A stretch of 64,000 bases of DNA from a virus: the IMG/VR virus record IMGVR_UViG_3300045988_061913, positions 1 through 64,000 of that record; one strand, written 5' to 3'. Positions within the stretch are counted from its first letter, which is position 1. Each line of letters starts with the position of its first letter. Position numbers and translations under genes: made by a program. The notes under the pieces are model-generated. The model was not told the DNA's origin. It worked only from the letters and a program-made list of their open reading frames with translations, and did not search any database. Shown here in pieces: positions 26,043-35,067 of the stretch.

Positions 26043-26421
26043 AGAGGCTATGAAGTTCTATCCGTTTGATTATGGTTTTGTTCTCTCCCTAGAGAAACAA
26101 GCTTTAATTAGAATGTATGAATACTTCAAAGTATCTAGAATTGCTGAAGGTAACGAAGTTGTTGAAAAGAATCTAAAACTCGCACTAGGACTTTTAGATA
26201 TTGTTCTAGAGATAGATTCTGCCTATCATTGTGATTTCAGACCTGGGTCTGAAGGATTCGTAGATAGGCACATAAACATTAAGAACTGGAAACGATTCTG
26301 GCCTAAAGCTGCTGATCTTGATTTGAGTAAGCCTATTCTTCAAGACCATTTGAGAAGAGAAAAAGCCTGGTACTTGTACAATAAACTTAGGTTTGAACGT
26401 ATGAGAACTTGGTGGGATTAA
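25987..26421 (+). CDS. Hypothetical protein (144 aa)
   Basis: ORF in the track, overlapping the RNase H 3-prime end. Confidence 0.4.
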   Translation: MKQVKNMKLRKNKNKRLIKEAMKFYPFDYGFVLSLEKQALIRMYEYFKVSRIAEGNEVVEKNLKLALGLLDIVLEIDSAYHCDFRPGSEGFVDRHINIKNWKRFWPKAADLDLSKPILQDHLRREKAWYLYNKLRFERMRTWWD

Positions 26422-26437
26422 TTTAACTAATTTAATT

Positions 26438-27454
26438 ATGAAGAGAATTTTTAGTATTATTTGTTTGTGTTTGATGTGTGCATTTGCTAGCGCACAAGTT
26501 GTTGAGACTGGAAGTATGAAGGATAACTGGTATATTTCTGGTAATGTTGGAACTACTATTTGGGATAACCATAGAAGTTGGGCAGAACCAAATGATGTAC
26601 TAGTAAACATTGCTATTGGTAAGGAGGTTACTCCTATCTTTGGCTTGGAGTTAGACATGATGGCTGGAATGAACCAAGGAAATAAAACATTCTTTGATTC
26701 ACATAATTTGACAGCTAACGTTACTACCAATCTTACTAACCTGATATGTGGATATAACGGAGATAGGCGTCTGTTTGAGCCTATACTAATCGTTGGTGCT
26801 GGTTGGTATCATACTTATGGAGATGTCTATAATAATGTATCCGCCCGTGGAGCCGTTAGATGTAACTTTAATATCTCTAATAGATGGGCATTAAATGTTA
26901 CTCCTGAGTATATGTTACTTCCCAAGACTTCTCCTCTGAATCATGAGTTTAACGTCTATATTGGTGCTACCTATCGCTTTAAGTCTAGCAAGGGGGACTT
27001 TCCAATTATGAAGTTGTATAGTGATGCCGAGGTTGAAAGCCTAAACGCTTCTATTAATGAGTTGAGAGCCAAGAATGAGGAACTTATGGCTCGTAAACCA
27101 ATAGAAATTGTTAAGACGGACACAATCGAAATTACTAAAGTAGAGCTTTTGACTCCAAAAATTCAATTCCTTCAAAATTCTTCAGAGATTTCTAAAACTT
27201 CCAATGTGGCTGTCTCAGAACTAGCTTCCTATATTTCTAATAGTGGAAAAACTTATGTGATTGAGGGATATGCTTCGGAAGAAGGTCCAGAAGAGTTTAA
27301 TAATAACCTTGCTGTAGCTAGGGCAGAATCTATGAAGAAGGCTCTGATTAGCTATGGTGCTCCAGAGGATAAATTGGTTGTTAAGGGATGTGGAATTACC
27401 ACTGAATTTGGAGATAATGAATTTAATCGTATCGTAATAATTTCCGAACAATGA
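26438..27454 (+). CDS. OmpA-family outer-membrane protein: signal peptide, beta-barrel-like N-domain and C-terminal OmpA peptidoglycan-binding domain
   Basis: Signal peptide MKRIFSIICLCLMCAFASAQ. The N-domain is rich in alternating aromatic/hydrophilic residues. The C-terminal YVIEGYASEEGPEEFNNNLAVARAESMKKALISYG matches the OmpA_C consensus (NxxLSxxRAxxV). Confidence 0.7.
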   Translation: MKRIFSIICLCLMCAFASAQVVETGSMKDNWYISGNVGTTIWDNHRSWAEPNDVLVNIAIGKEVTPIFGLELDMMAGMNQGNKTFFDSHNLTANVTTNLTNLICGYNGDRRLFEPILIVGAGWYHTYGDVYNNVSARGAVRCNFNISNRWALNVTPEYMLLPKTSPLNHEFNVYIGATYRFKSSKGDFPIMKLYSDAEVESLNASINELRAKNEELMARKPIEIVKTDTIEITKVELLTPKIQFLQNSSEISKTSNVAVSELASYISNSGKTYVIEGYASEEGPEEFNNNLAVARAESMKKALISYGAPEDKLVVKGCGITTEFGDNEFNRIVIISEQ

Positions 27455-27683
27455 AGTATAAGAAAAAAGTAGCTTGGTTAAAAGCAAAGCAAGCATGGTG
27501 GGATAAACAAGGAAAAGACTTTCAGGCTGCAACTACCAGACCTGGGTCTATTAAAACTCGATAAATCATGATTGTGTGCATAATGTTTGCCGCGTATATT
27601 TATTATGACCCGTATGTAGATATTACAGAGGATAATGTACTACTATGGTATAATAAAAGCGGCAATAGAGAATATATTATTCT

Positions 27684-27896
27684 ATGGTCGAGAAAAACTT
27701 AATTAAGGCATTTGTTGCCGTTCTATTAATCGTTGTAATTTACAACATCAGCTTATGGTTATTATCCGAATCATTGTATGCTGCAAATATCTTGGGGTTG
27801 TTACTATTACTAGTGGCAATCCCAAGTTTAGTTTATAGGATATTCAAATATATTAAGAAACATTACTTAAATAAGGAAAATGAAGACAATTATTAA
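27684..27896 (+). CDS. Small membrane protein (70 aa, two TM helices)
   Basis: ORF in the track; hydrophobic. Confidence 0.4.
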   Translation: MVEKNLIKAFVAVLLIVVIYNISLWLLSESLYAANILGLLLLLVAIPSLVYRIFKYIKKHYLNKENEDNY

Positions 27897-28009
27897 GATT
27901 TTGTGTGTATTAACTTTAGTGTTTAGCAGGATATGATTAAGAAGTGGGATGGAAAACTTCCTACTTATGGTCAGGTTCCCACCTTATTTAAAGACGTAGC
28001 TAATAACAA

Positions 28010-28357
28010 ATGATGTATCTAGTAATATGCACTGTGATGGTAATCATCACGGTGCTTATCTTGAAAGATACCCATGTAACCGTTTATTACAATGGGTATA
28101 GCAGAAGTGTGGCACTTATAGAAGAAGACTATGACCTTAAAGTTCCAGTGTGGCTAGTTTTAGTAATACTAATCCTAGGATTTATCCCAGTACTGAACAT
28201 TATGCTATACACAGTAGGATATTTATTCTATATAGTTCATGCTGTGTGGAATCCAGACAAGTTGTCTGGATATACACATAAGTTCAATCTAAGAGGAAAT
28301 AATTTTCTAACTAGAATAGTGAAGAAGATATGGAAATTCTTAAATGTATGTGTATAA
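28010..28357 (+). CDS. Membrane protein (115 aa)
   Basis: ORF in the track, with two or three hydrophobic helices. Confidence 0.4.
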   Translation: MMYLVICTVMVIITVLILKDTHVTVYYNGYSRSVALIEEDYDLKVPVWLVLVILILGFIPVLNIMLYTVGYLFYIVHAVWNPDKLSGYTHKFNLRGNNFLTRIVKKIWKFLNVCV

Positions 28358-28854
28358 CACTGAGACATCTTAGGCGAATACTTAGACATAAGTTTTGGGT
28401 AGCTTATTACTGTTTTCAGTTAGGTTTATACAAACAGGGCATCTTGCACGACTTATCTAAATTCGGATGGTATGAGTTCTCTCGTTCTGTAAAATTTTAC
28501 GATGATGACACATCTCCCTTAAACAAGGAAAAAGAAATTCTAGGATATTCTAGGTCTTATTTACATCACAGAGGAAGAAATCCACACCATTATGAATACT
28601 GGGTAACTAAGCTAGACATTGGCGGTGTTCCAGTGAAGATGCCTAAAGAGTATGCTCTAGAATTGGTATGCGATTATCTGGCTGCTGGTAAAGTATACAA
28701 CGGTAATAGTTTTCAAGGAGAATATAACTGGTGGATTAAGTATATAAATTCTCCTAGGGCTATCCATCCAGAAACGAAGGAATTTATCACTCAGTGTTTT
28801 AAGAATTTAGCTAGTGGTAAAGGCATGAAAAGTTTATTAACAATTAGTTATTAA
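28330..28854 (+). CDS. Hypothetical His-rich protein with LHDLSKF and HHRGRNPHHYEYW motifs (possible metal-dependent hydrolase)
   Basis: ORF in the track; His/Asp clusters suggest metal binding, but the family was not recognised. Confidence 0.4.
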   Translation: MEILKCMCITLRHLRRILRHKFWVAYYCFQLGLYKQGILHDLSKFGWYEFSRSVKFYDDDTSPLNKEKEILGYSRSYLHHRGRNPHHYEYWVTKLDIGGVPVKMPKEYALELVCDYLAAGKVYNGNSFQGEYNWWIKYINSPRAIHPETKEFITQCFKNLASGKGMKSLLTISY

Positions 28855-28880
28855 AATAATTTTTAGAATGGAAATAATTA

Positions 28881-30407
28881 ATGCTACAGATGGTTACAAG
28901 TTGGGCCATCACAGAATGTACCCCCGAAGGTACTGAACAAGTTTATAGTAACTGGACTCCTAGAAGTAATAAATACTTCCCAGAAGCAACCGAAGGTTCA
29001 GTAGTATTTGGTAACCTAATCAAAGAATATCTCATTAAACAGTTTGAGAAAAACTTCTTTAATCTACCAAAGAAGGAAGCTGTGGAGATGTTCTATCGTA
29101 GAGTAAACAACTTTGTTGGTATTGAATCCGTTGGGTACAGACATATTGAAGCTTTATATGACCTTGGGTATCTACCAATTCGCATAAAGGCTCTTCCTGA
29201 AGGTTCTGTGTGCCCTATTCGGGTTCCCATGATGACCATTACAAATACTCTACCCGAGTTCTTTTGGTTAACTAACTACTTAGAGACTATTATCAGCTGT
29301 ACCTTGTGGATGCCATGCACATCTGCTACTAGAGCTAGGCTTTATAAGAAAGAGCTACATCGTCATGCTTGCAAGACTGGTTTTCCAACAGATGTAAATC
29401 TTGGTTTTTGTTGTCATGATTTCTCAATGCGAGGTATGGCGGGAATGGAAGCTGCAATCATATCTGGTATGGCGCATATGACTTCTTTTGTGGGAAGTGA
29501 GACTATTCCAGCTATTGCTGCCCTGGAAGAATATTATGGAGCTAATTCAGACGAGGAATTGATTGCTGCTACAGTTCCAGCAACAGAACACTCTGTAATG
29601 TGTGCTGGAGGGGAGGAAGATGAGCTGGGCACTTTCAAACGTCTAATTAATGATTTGTATCCTTCTGGGTTTGTTTCTATTGTATCTGATACTTGGGATT
29701 TCTGGAATGTAATTGAAAATTTCTTACCCAAGCTGAAGAAAGACATTATGGCTCGTGATGGTAGAGTAGTAATCCGTCCTGATAGTGGAGACCCAGTAGA
29801 TATAATCTGCGGGTTGAGAACTAATCCTCACTTCAATACCAGAATGAAAGAAGGTAAGTATTATTGCTGCTATGCTCCGTTTAACGACGATGCAGAGTAT
29901 GTTGAAGTGTCCGAAGGTCAATATTATGGGGCATATTATATGCTTGGTAAAATCTTCGGATGGAATACTACTTCAAAGGATTACCGCTATCCTAGCACTA
30001 AGGTTGGTCTGCTTTATGGAGATTCTATTACTCTAGAACGTCAAAAGCAAATCTACTTGAGATTAGAAAACGCTCATATGGCGGCTTGTAATCTCGTTCT
30101 TGGAGTAGGTTCATATCAGTATGCAAGTAGAGATAGTCTTGGGTTTGCTATTAAGGCTACTGCTTGCGTAGTAAATGGCGAGTTGAAAGAAATCTTCAAA
30201 CATCCTAAAACTGATGATGGTACTAAGAACTCTTTGAAAGGTTTGATTGCTGTCTATAAATGTCTGGATGGGAAGTATACTGCTACCGACCAGGTCTCAA
30301 TCGAGGAGGAAAAAGAGGGATGCTTAGAGACTGTCTTTGAAGATGGTATCTTGAAGAAAGAATATTCTCTTGAAGAAATTAGACAAAGAATTGACCATGG
30401 ACTTTAA
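28881..30407 (+). CDS. nadV: Nicotinamide phosphoribosyltransferase (NadV/NAMPT family)
   Basis: 508 aa with NAMPT-like blocks GSETIPAIAA, PATEHSVMCAGG, VIRPDSGDPVD and LYGDSITLE; size and motif order match the NAMPT/PncB superfamily. Confidence 0.7.
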   Translation: MLQMVTSWAITECTPEGTEQVYSNWTPRSNKYFPEATEGSVVFGNLIKEYLIKQFEKNFFNLPKKEAVEMFYRRVNNFVGIESVGYRHIEALYDLGYLPIRIKALPEGSVCPIRVPMMTITNTLPEFFWLTNYLETIISCTLWMPCTSATRARLYKKELHRHACKTGFPTDVNLGFCCHDFSMRGMAGMEAAIISGMAHMTSFVGSETIPAIAALEEYYGANSDEELIAATVPATEHSVMCAGGEEDELGTFKRLINDLYPSGFVSIVSDTWDFWNVIENFLPKLKKDIMARDGRVVIRPDSGDPVDIICGLRTNPHFNTRMKEGKYYCCYAPFNDDAEYVEVSEGQYYGAYYMLGKIFGWNTTSKDYRYPSTKVGLLYGDSITLERQKQIYLRLENAHMAACNLVLGVGSYQYASRDSLGFAIKATACVVNGELKEIFKHPKTDDGTKNSLKGLIAVYKCLDGKYTATDQVSIEEEKEGCLETVFEDGILKKEYSLEEIRQRIDHGL

Positions 30408-30826
30408 TCATCCTTTTGGGAAAGAAGCTTGCAAGAAACGACTATTAGAAGAGTATCATAAATACGGAAAGCTAATAGTCGCTTTCGATTTTGATAATAC
30501 TATTTTCGATTACCATAATACTGGCGGAGATTATAGTTGCGTTATAGAACTACTTAAAGAATGCTCACTTCTAGGTTTTGAAATGATTTTATTCACCACT
30601 GATGAAGATGATTATGGCAAAGCAGACAATTTGTATGCGATTAGGAATAGCAAATATTACTTCTAATACTTTATCTGCTCCAAACATTAGTAGTTCTATA
30701 TTCTCTAAATCTAAGAAACCTTATTACAATATCCTCCTAGATGATAGGGCAGGTCTGGAAGAAAGTTATGAAATCTTAAAATATGTAGTAGATGAAATTA
30801 AACTTAATCAACAAGGAAATCAGTGA
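30370..30826 (+). pseudogene. HAD-superfamily hydrolase split across two frames by a +1 shift (frameshifted gene or sequencing error)
   Basis: Frame A (30370-30666) carries HAD motif I FDFDNTIFD. Frame B (30602-30826) carries the motif III/IV-like SKSKKPYYNILLDDRAG. A single nucleotide shift near 30600-30666 would join them. Confidence 0.45.
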
Positions 30827-31601
30827 AATTAAGTACGATGTTACTAGATTTCCTGATGGAGAGCCTCAGTTTTTCCTTACTGAGGAATTAAACAGAAAGG
30901 AATCTATTGATGTCATTTGTAGAATATCTAATACTGAGGATTTATTCCTCTTAGTGCAAGTAGGAGATATTTTAGATAGACAAGAAGTAGAATGGGATTT
31001 ACACATTACTTATTTAATGTCTATGCGTATGGATAGAGTAATGAGTTTTAATCGTCCATTCTCCTTGAAAGTAGTATGTAATATGTTAAATAGCTTAGGC
31101 TATAGAAACATATATGTTCTTGAGGCACATTCTAGTAGAACTTTTCATCTTCTTGGTGACAGATGTTTACCTTGGGAATTTGGACACCACTCTTGGATTC
31201 CAGCCCAAAGTAATATCGTGTTCCCAGACCATGGGGCGAAGGACAGATATGGAAGTAACTATTCTCACTATGGTTATTTAGTCTTCAAAAAGGAAAGAAA
31301 TCTAGAGACTGGAAGAATTGAGTCCTTTGAAATAGAGGAGTCTAAGAATTGCTACTATTCTACATTTGTGTTCATTGATGACTTGTGTGATGCCGGAGGA
31401 ACTTTCCTAGGAGAGCTTAAGGTTCTCAAAGAGAGATATCCAAATAGCAAGTTTATCATAATCGTATGTCACGCAGTTAATGATAAAGGTCTGATTAATA
31501 TGTGTAATAATTTTGACCAGGTTATTGTATCTAATTCTCATAGGGATATTAATTATCGTCCCAGCAACGAGAACTTAACTGTAATAGACGTTTGTAAATA
31601 A
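30792..31601 (+). CDS. Ribose-phosphate pyrophosphokinase (Prs)-like phosphoribosyltransferase
   Basis: N-terminal TRFPDGEPQFFL (cf. Prs KRFSDGE) and PRPP-binding loop VFIDDLCDAGGTF (cf. Prs ILVDDMIDTAGT). Confidence 0.55.
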   Translation: MKLNLINKEISEIKYDVTRFPDGEPQFFLTEELNRKESIDVICRISNTEDLFLLVQVGDILDRQEVEWDLHITYLMSMRMDRVMSFNRPFSLKVVCNMLNSLGYRNIYVLEAHSSRTFHLLGDRCLPWEFGHHSWIPAQSNIVFPDHGAKDRYGSNYSHYGYLVFKKERNLETGRIESFEIEESKNCYYSTFVFIDDLCDAGGTFLGELKVLKERYPNSKFIIIVCHAVNDKGLINMCNNFDQVIVSNSHRDINYRPSNENLTVIDVCK

Positions 31602-31611
31602 CAAAATAAAA

Positions 31612-31914
31612 ATGGTAATTGAAGGTCCTTTTTACAGACTTACTCCCATTAGTGAATCTTCTCCGAGGTTTGACTTGGAATTGTTGTATGATATTGGTGG
31701 GAAAAATCCGAGAAAAGAATTTAAAGTGGAAGGCTATGGCTATCCCCTAGAAGCTGCTATAGAGCGATGTCGCCATTATGCAGTAAGAAAAAAGTTCGGA
31801 AAAGATGAAGTTATAACTTTAGGTAGGTACTTAGATGAGTTTAAAAAGGCAAAGGAGGAAATTAAACTCGAAGTCTCAGGAGATTCAGGAGATTCTAGCG
31901 GAGAGGCTGAATAA
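31612..31914 (+). CDS. Hypothetical protein (100 aa)
   Basis: ORF in the track. Confidence 0.35.
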   Translation: MVIEGPFYRLTPISESSPRFDLELLYDIGGKNPRKEFKVEGYGYPLEAAIERCRHYAVRKKFGKDEVITLGRYLDEFKKAKEEIKLEVSGDSGDSSGEAE

Positions 31915-32308
31915 GCTTTGTAGATTCTTAGATGAGGAATATGACGTTAATTGTGGAGGGTGTTGCTATATAGCATACTGTCTAGCTAGGCTACTAAGTA
32001 GAGATAAATTCAAGTTCAAAGTCATTATTTACGAGGATTATAAACTAGAAGAAAAGTTTAGCGAAGTAGCGAGAAGTCATTATCATTATGCGATTTCTAT
32101 TGGAAAGTACACCATAAACGCAGCAAATTGTGATGATGACGATAGCTTTTGCAGAAATGTGTATACTAGCGTAAAAGCTTCCGAACTATTATCTCACTAT
32201 CAGAAATGTAGCTGGAATGACTGTTATAATACTCAAAAGAATCAATTCATTTTTAAGACTATAAAGGTGTTTTATGACGACCTCACGGAGGACTTACGAG
32301 AAGGATAA
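31835..32308 (+). CDS. Hypothetical Cys-rich protein (157 aa); start uncertain, overlaps the previous ORF
   Basis: ORF in the track. Confidence 0.4.
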   Translation: MSLKRQRRKLNSKSQEIQEILAERLNKLCRFLDEEYDVNCGGCCYIAYCLARLLSRDKFKFKVIIYEDYKLEEKFSEVARSHYHYAISIGKYTINAANCDDDDSFCRNVYTSVKASELLSHYQKCSWNDCYNTQKNQFIFKTIKVFYDDLTEDLREG

Positions 32309-32558
32309 ACAAATTGTGCATACGCACGATAAGTTTATCTACTGTAGTTCAGTATATCAAATATGGAGCTGGGGAGCTGCTCTAATGGAAGAAAAATACT
32401 ACTCTTCTAATAAACCTATTGTATTGAAAAAGAATCAACTATGTTGTAAGAGGAAGAAGTACTCTTTGCATAGATTCTTTGAATTACAATTTGCTCCCGA
32501 AGAATATTTAATTAATAACGGTTTTAAAATTGTAGAAAATGAAACAGGATGTGATTGA
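32274..32558 (+). CDS. Hypothetical protein (94 aa)
   Basis: ORF in the track. Confidence 0.3.
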   Translation: MTTSRRTYEKDKQIVHTHDKFIYCSSVYQIWSWGAALMEEKYYSSNKPIVLKKNQLCCKRKKYSLHRFFELQFAPEEYLINNGFKIVENETGCD

Positions 32559-33123
32559 GTACATGGTAGACTCATTTGTAGACTTTAAGGGTGAAGAACG
32601 TAAAATTGTAGCTTGTGCTTTAAGTCAGGCTGCTGAAGTAAGTGAGGATGATTGTGTCTTAGCAGTAGGTTGGGTAGCTCCCGATGAATACATATGCACA
32701 AATGATCCGGACTATGCTAGAATCTGTAGAGTAGTAACCGTTGGTATTGCAGTATGTAATCCTAGTGATACCTTCGATTTGGCTAAGGGACAGAAGAAGG
32801 CTTACGATAAGGCTCTTCATGATCCAAAGTGTCCAGCTATTTATACTACATCTAGAGGTGTAGCAGGTAAAGTGCTGGTAAAAGCATTCTTGGAACAGGA
32901 GCTTACTTTCTTGAAAGAAAATCCAGAGCGTATCATTAAGGGGTATAACCAAATGAAAGCTCGATTCGAAAGAAAAGAAGCCCTCAAGAACGAAATCAAA
33001 AATCTCTCTGATAAAGAGAAGCAAGCTTTGAATCTAGCTAAAGAAGGTATAGATGTAGTTAAATGCGCTGAACTGGTAACTAAAGCCAAGGCAATAGGCG
33101 TTGAGCTAAATGAACAGGACTAA
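32539..33123 (+). CDS. Hypothetical protein (194 aa)
   Basis: ORF in the track. Confidence 0.5.
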   Translation: MKQDVIEYMVDSFVDFKGEERKIVACALSQAAEVSEDDCVLAVGWVAPDEYICTNDPDYARICRVVTVGIAVCNPSDTFDLAKGQKKAYDKALHDPKCPAIYTTSRGVAGKVLVKAFLEQELTFLKENPERIIKGYNQMKARFERKEALKNEIKNLSDKEKQALNLAKEGIDVVKCAELVTKAKAIGVELNEQD

Positions 33124-33415
33124 GTTTTGCTATATCTTAATAGCCTTGATGGGATTGCTAATTATTTATTTGCTAATACCTAAGAAGGAAACCGCAGTTT
33201 CTCCGCCTAATGTGCAGGAAATAGTAAGGGATTCTATAATTAGAGATAGCATCTATATAGTTAACGATTCCATCGTGGAGAAAATTAAGTATATAGACAA
33301 AGAGTATGATGAGAAAGTATCTACTATTATGTCTAGTTCTGATAGCATCAATTTGTGCTTTTTCTCAGAATACATCGACCGTTACAATAACCAGCGAGCA
33401 ACTAAAAACAACTAA
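33110..33415 (+). CDS. Membrane protein (101 aa)
   Basis: ORF in the track with an N-terminal TM helix. Confidence 0.35.
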   Translation: MNRTKFCYILIALMGLLIIYLLIPKKETAVSPPNVQEIVRDSIIRDSIYIVNDSIVEKIKYIDKEYDEKVSTIMSSSDSINLCFFSEYIDRYNNQRATKNN

Positions 33416-33680
33416 TCTGATATTTGCCGAGCATCAGAAGTTGTCTGAAACTGTTCCGTTATTGAATAAGCGAATAACTAATCTAGAACTAATAAATAAG
33501 AGTTGGGAAAAAACGGATTCTCTTCGTAGAGTTCAGTTACTGTATTATGGAAACATAATTGAAGATAAAAATAGATCTATTGAAGGTCTTAATAAGTCTT
33601 TAAAAAAGAAGCAGAATGTCATTAAATATGGCGCTGCTGGTTCATGTGTATTAATATTATTATGCCTATTACTGAAGTAA
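33306..33680 (+). CDS. Secreted or membrane protein (124 aa)
   Basis: ORF in the track with signal-like N-terminus and C-terminal hydrophobic tail. Confidence 0.4.
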   Translation: MMRKYLLLCLVLIASICAFSQNTSTVTITSEQLKTTNLIFAEHQKLSETVPLLNKRITNLELINKSWEKTDSLRRVQLLYYGNIIEDKNRSIEGLNKSLKKKQNVIKYGAAGSCVLILLCLLLK

Positions 33681-33853
33681 TGTTTAAGGACAAAGATGGT
33701 TTTCACTACAAACATCCTGAACGTAGCTGCACTAGGTGTAAGAATTACCCTTGCTTGCCTAACATGGATAAGCTGCAAGGAGACTTCGCTTCTTATGGTT
33801 GTAGGAAGTTCGAGGATATTAATACATTTGAAGTGTGGAAACCAAAGAAGTAA
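33644..33853 (+). CDS. Small Cys-rich protein (69 aa)
   Basis: ORF in the track; CTRCKNYPC...C pattern. Confidence 0.35.
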   Translation: MCINIIMPITEVMFKDKDGFHYKHPERSCTRCKNYPCLPNMDKLQGDFASYGCRKFEDINTFEVWKPKK

Positions 33854-34158
33854 CTTACCATGTCAAATTTGTTGCTGAATATGAGGACGGGATGGGATAC
33901 GCTAATTATGTCTTTGAAAGGCTAGAATATGATAATCTAGATTACAAGGATATAATGTGTGTTCGATTCCCGAATTGGAACCAGTGTTTTATGAAATTAG
34001 GAGATGTCGGCTATGTTTCACTAAGATACGTAGAAGAAGGCATCGATAGATGGTACGATGGTAAAGATTTTGTTCCATACAAGGATAGTAATATAATTTT
34101 CTTGAAATTTATTCATGAAAAGCCTATCATTGAAGATGGACAAATATTATTAGATTAA
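33835..34158 (+). CDS. Hypothetical protein (107 aa)
   Basis: ORF in the track. Confidence 0.4.
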   Translation: METKEVTYHVKFVAEYEDGMGYANYVFERLEYDNLDYKDIMCVRFPNWNQCFMKLGDVGYVSLRYVEEGIDRWYDGKDFVPYKDSNIIFLKFIHEKPIIEDGQILLD

Positions 34159-34203
34159 CATTAAAAAGGAGATAAACTATGAAGTATTTTTAAAGAATAA
34201 TTT

Positions 34204-35067
34204 ATGACTGTATTAGGAGATAAGCTGAGAGAGGCTTTGAGCGATAAAGCAAACGACGTTAATAGCTATGTATGGAAAGGACCTAAGGTAAATGGGGTCC
34301 AGGAGGAAATTAAATTGGTAGACGCAGGTTATAACCAGCTGAGACAATTCTACAATCATTGTGAACAAATGTTGTACAACTCTAATACCAAGAATCCGGG
34401 TCGTGTAACATTACTCGGAATTGTGTCCGACCAAATACAAAGATGTCGTGCAGAGCTTCTTATTAGATGGCTTAGAGCTGAAAAGCAATACACAAACACA
34501 CGTTGTTTGGAAGACTTGAGAGCTGTTATCAAAAACAATAAGGAAGTGTTAACTAATGAGGCTATTAAGGTCTATCCAATTGGAGAGATTCTTAATGGAA
34601 TCCCTGTAGAGTTTAGAGAAGTACCAGTAAGTTTAGTTATGGATGCTTGTTTAGATTCCTTGGGATTGTTTGACAACTCTCATTTGACGCTTAACTTCAT
34701 TGTAAAAATGGGACTGTGGTTTACACAGCAAGAAATGCAGAAAGACTTGTATCGTAAAGACCCAGTGACAGGTAAAGCTGTTAACAGACTGTTAGTAGTA
34801 AGTAAGGAACTTCGTTTGAATCCTTCTATAGCTCTGAAAATCTGTGATACTGGATTAAGTTATGCTGAGTTTAGATCTATGTGTAGATTGAAACGAGATA
34901 AATATGCTAACTTAACTAGTGATCAGCTCAGACTGCTATCAAACAAAGTTCTTTATCGCTTCCAAAATCAATGCGAGAACCAGGCTAAACAATGGAAGGA
35001 TAAGATGGAAGAAATCAAGAAAGTTGCAGAACTTAAAGGATGGAACATCACTAGGAATATAGATTGA
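34204..35067 (+). CDS. Hypothetical protein (287 aa)
   Basis: ORF in the track. Confidence 0.55.
   Translation: MTVLGDKLREALSDKANDVNSYVWKGPKVNGVQEEIKLVDAGYNQLRQFYNHCEQMLYNSNTKNPGRVTLLGIVSDQIQRCRAELLIRWLRAEKQYTNTRCLEDLRAVIKNNKEVLTNEAIKVYPIGEILNGIPVEFREVPVSLVMDACLDSLGLFDNSHLTLNFIVKMGLWFTQQEMQKDLYRKDPVTGKAVNRLLVVSKELRLNPSIALKICDTGLSYAEFRSMCRLKRDKYANLTSDQLRLLSNKVLYRFQNQCENQAKQWKDKMEEIKKVAELKGWNITRNID

Noticed and set aside
30370-31601. Stop-codon recoding (alternative genetic code, as in some gut phages) as the explanation for the broken HAD and GIY-YIG genes
   Set aside because: The long genes in the window (PolA, NrdD, ligase, flotillin) are uninterrupted under the standard code. Reading through the observed stops in the broken genes does not restore their frames; only frameshifts do.
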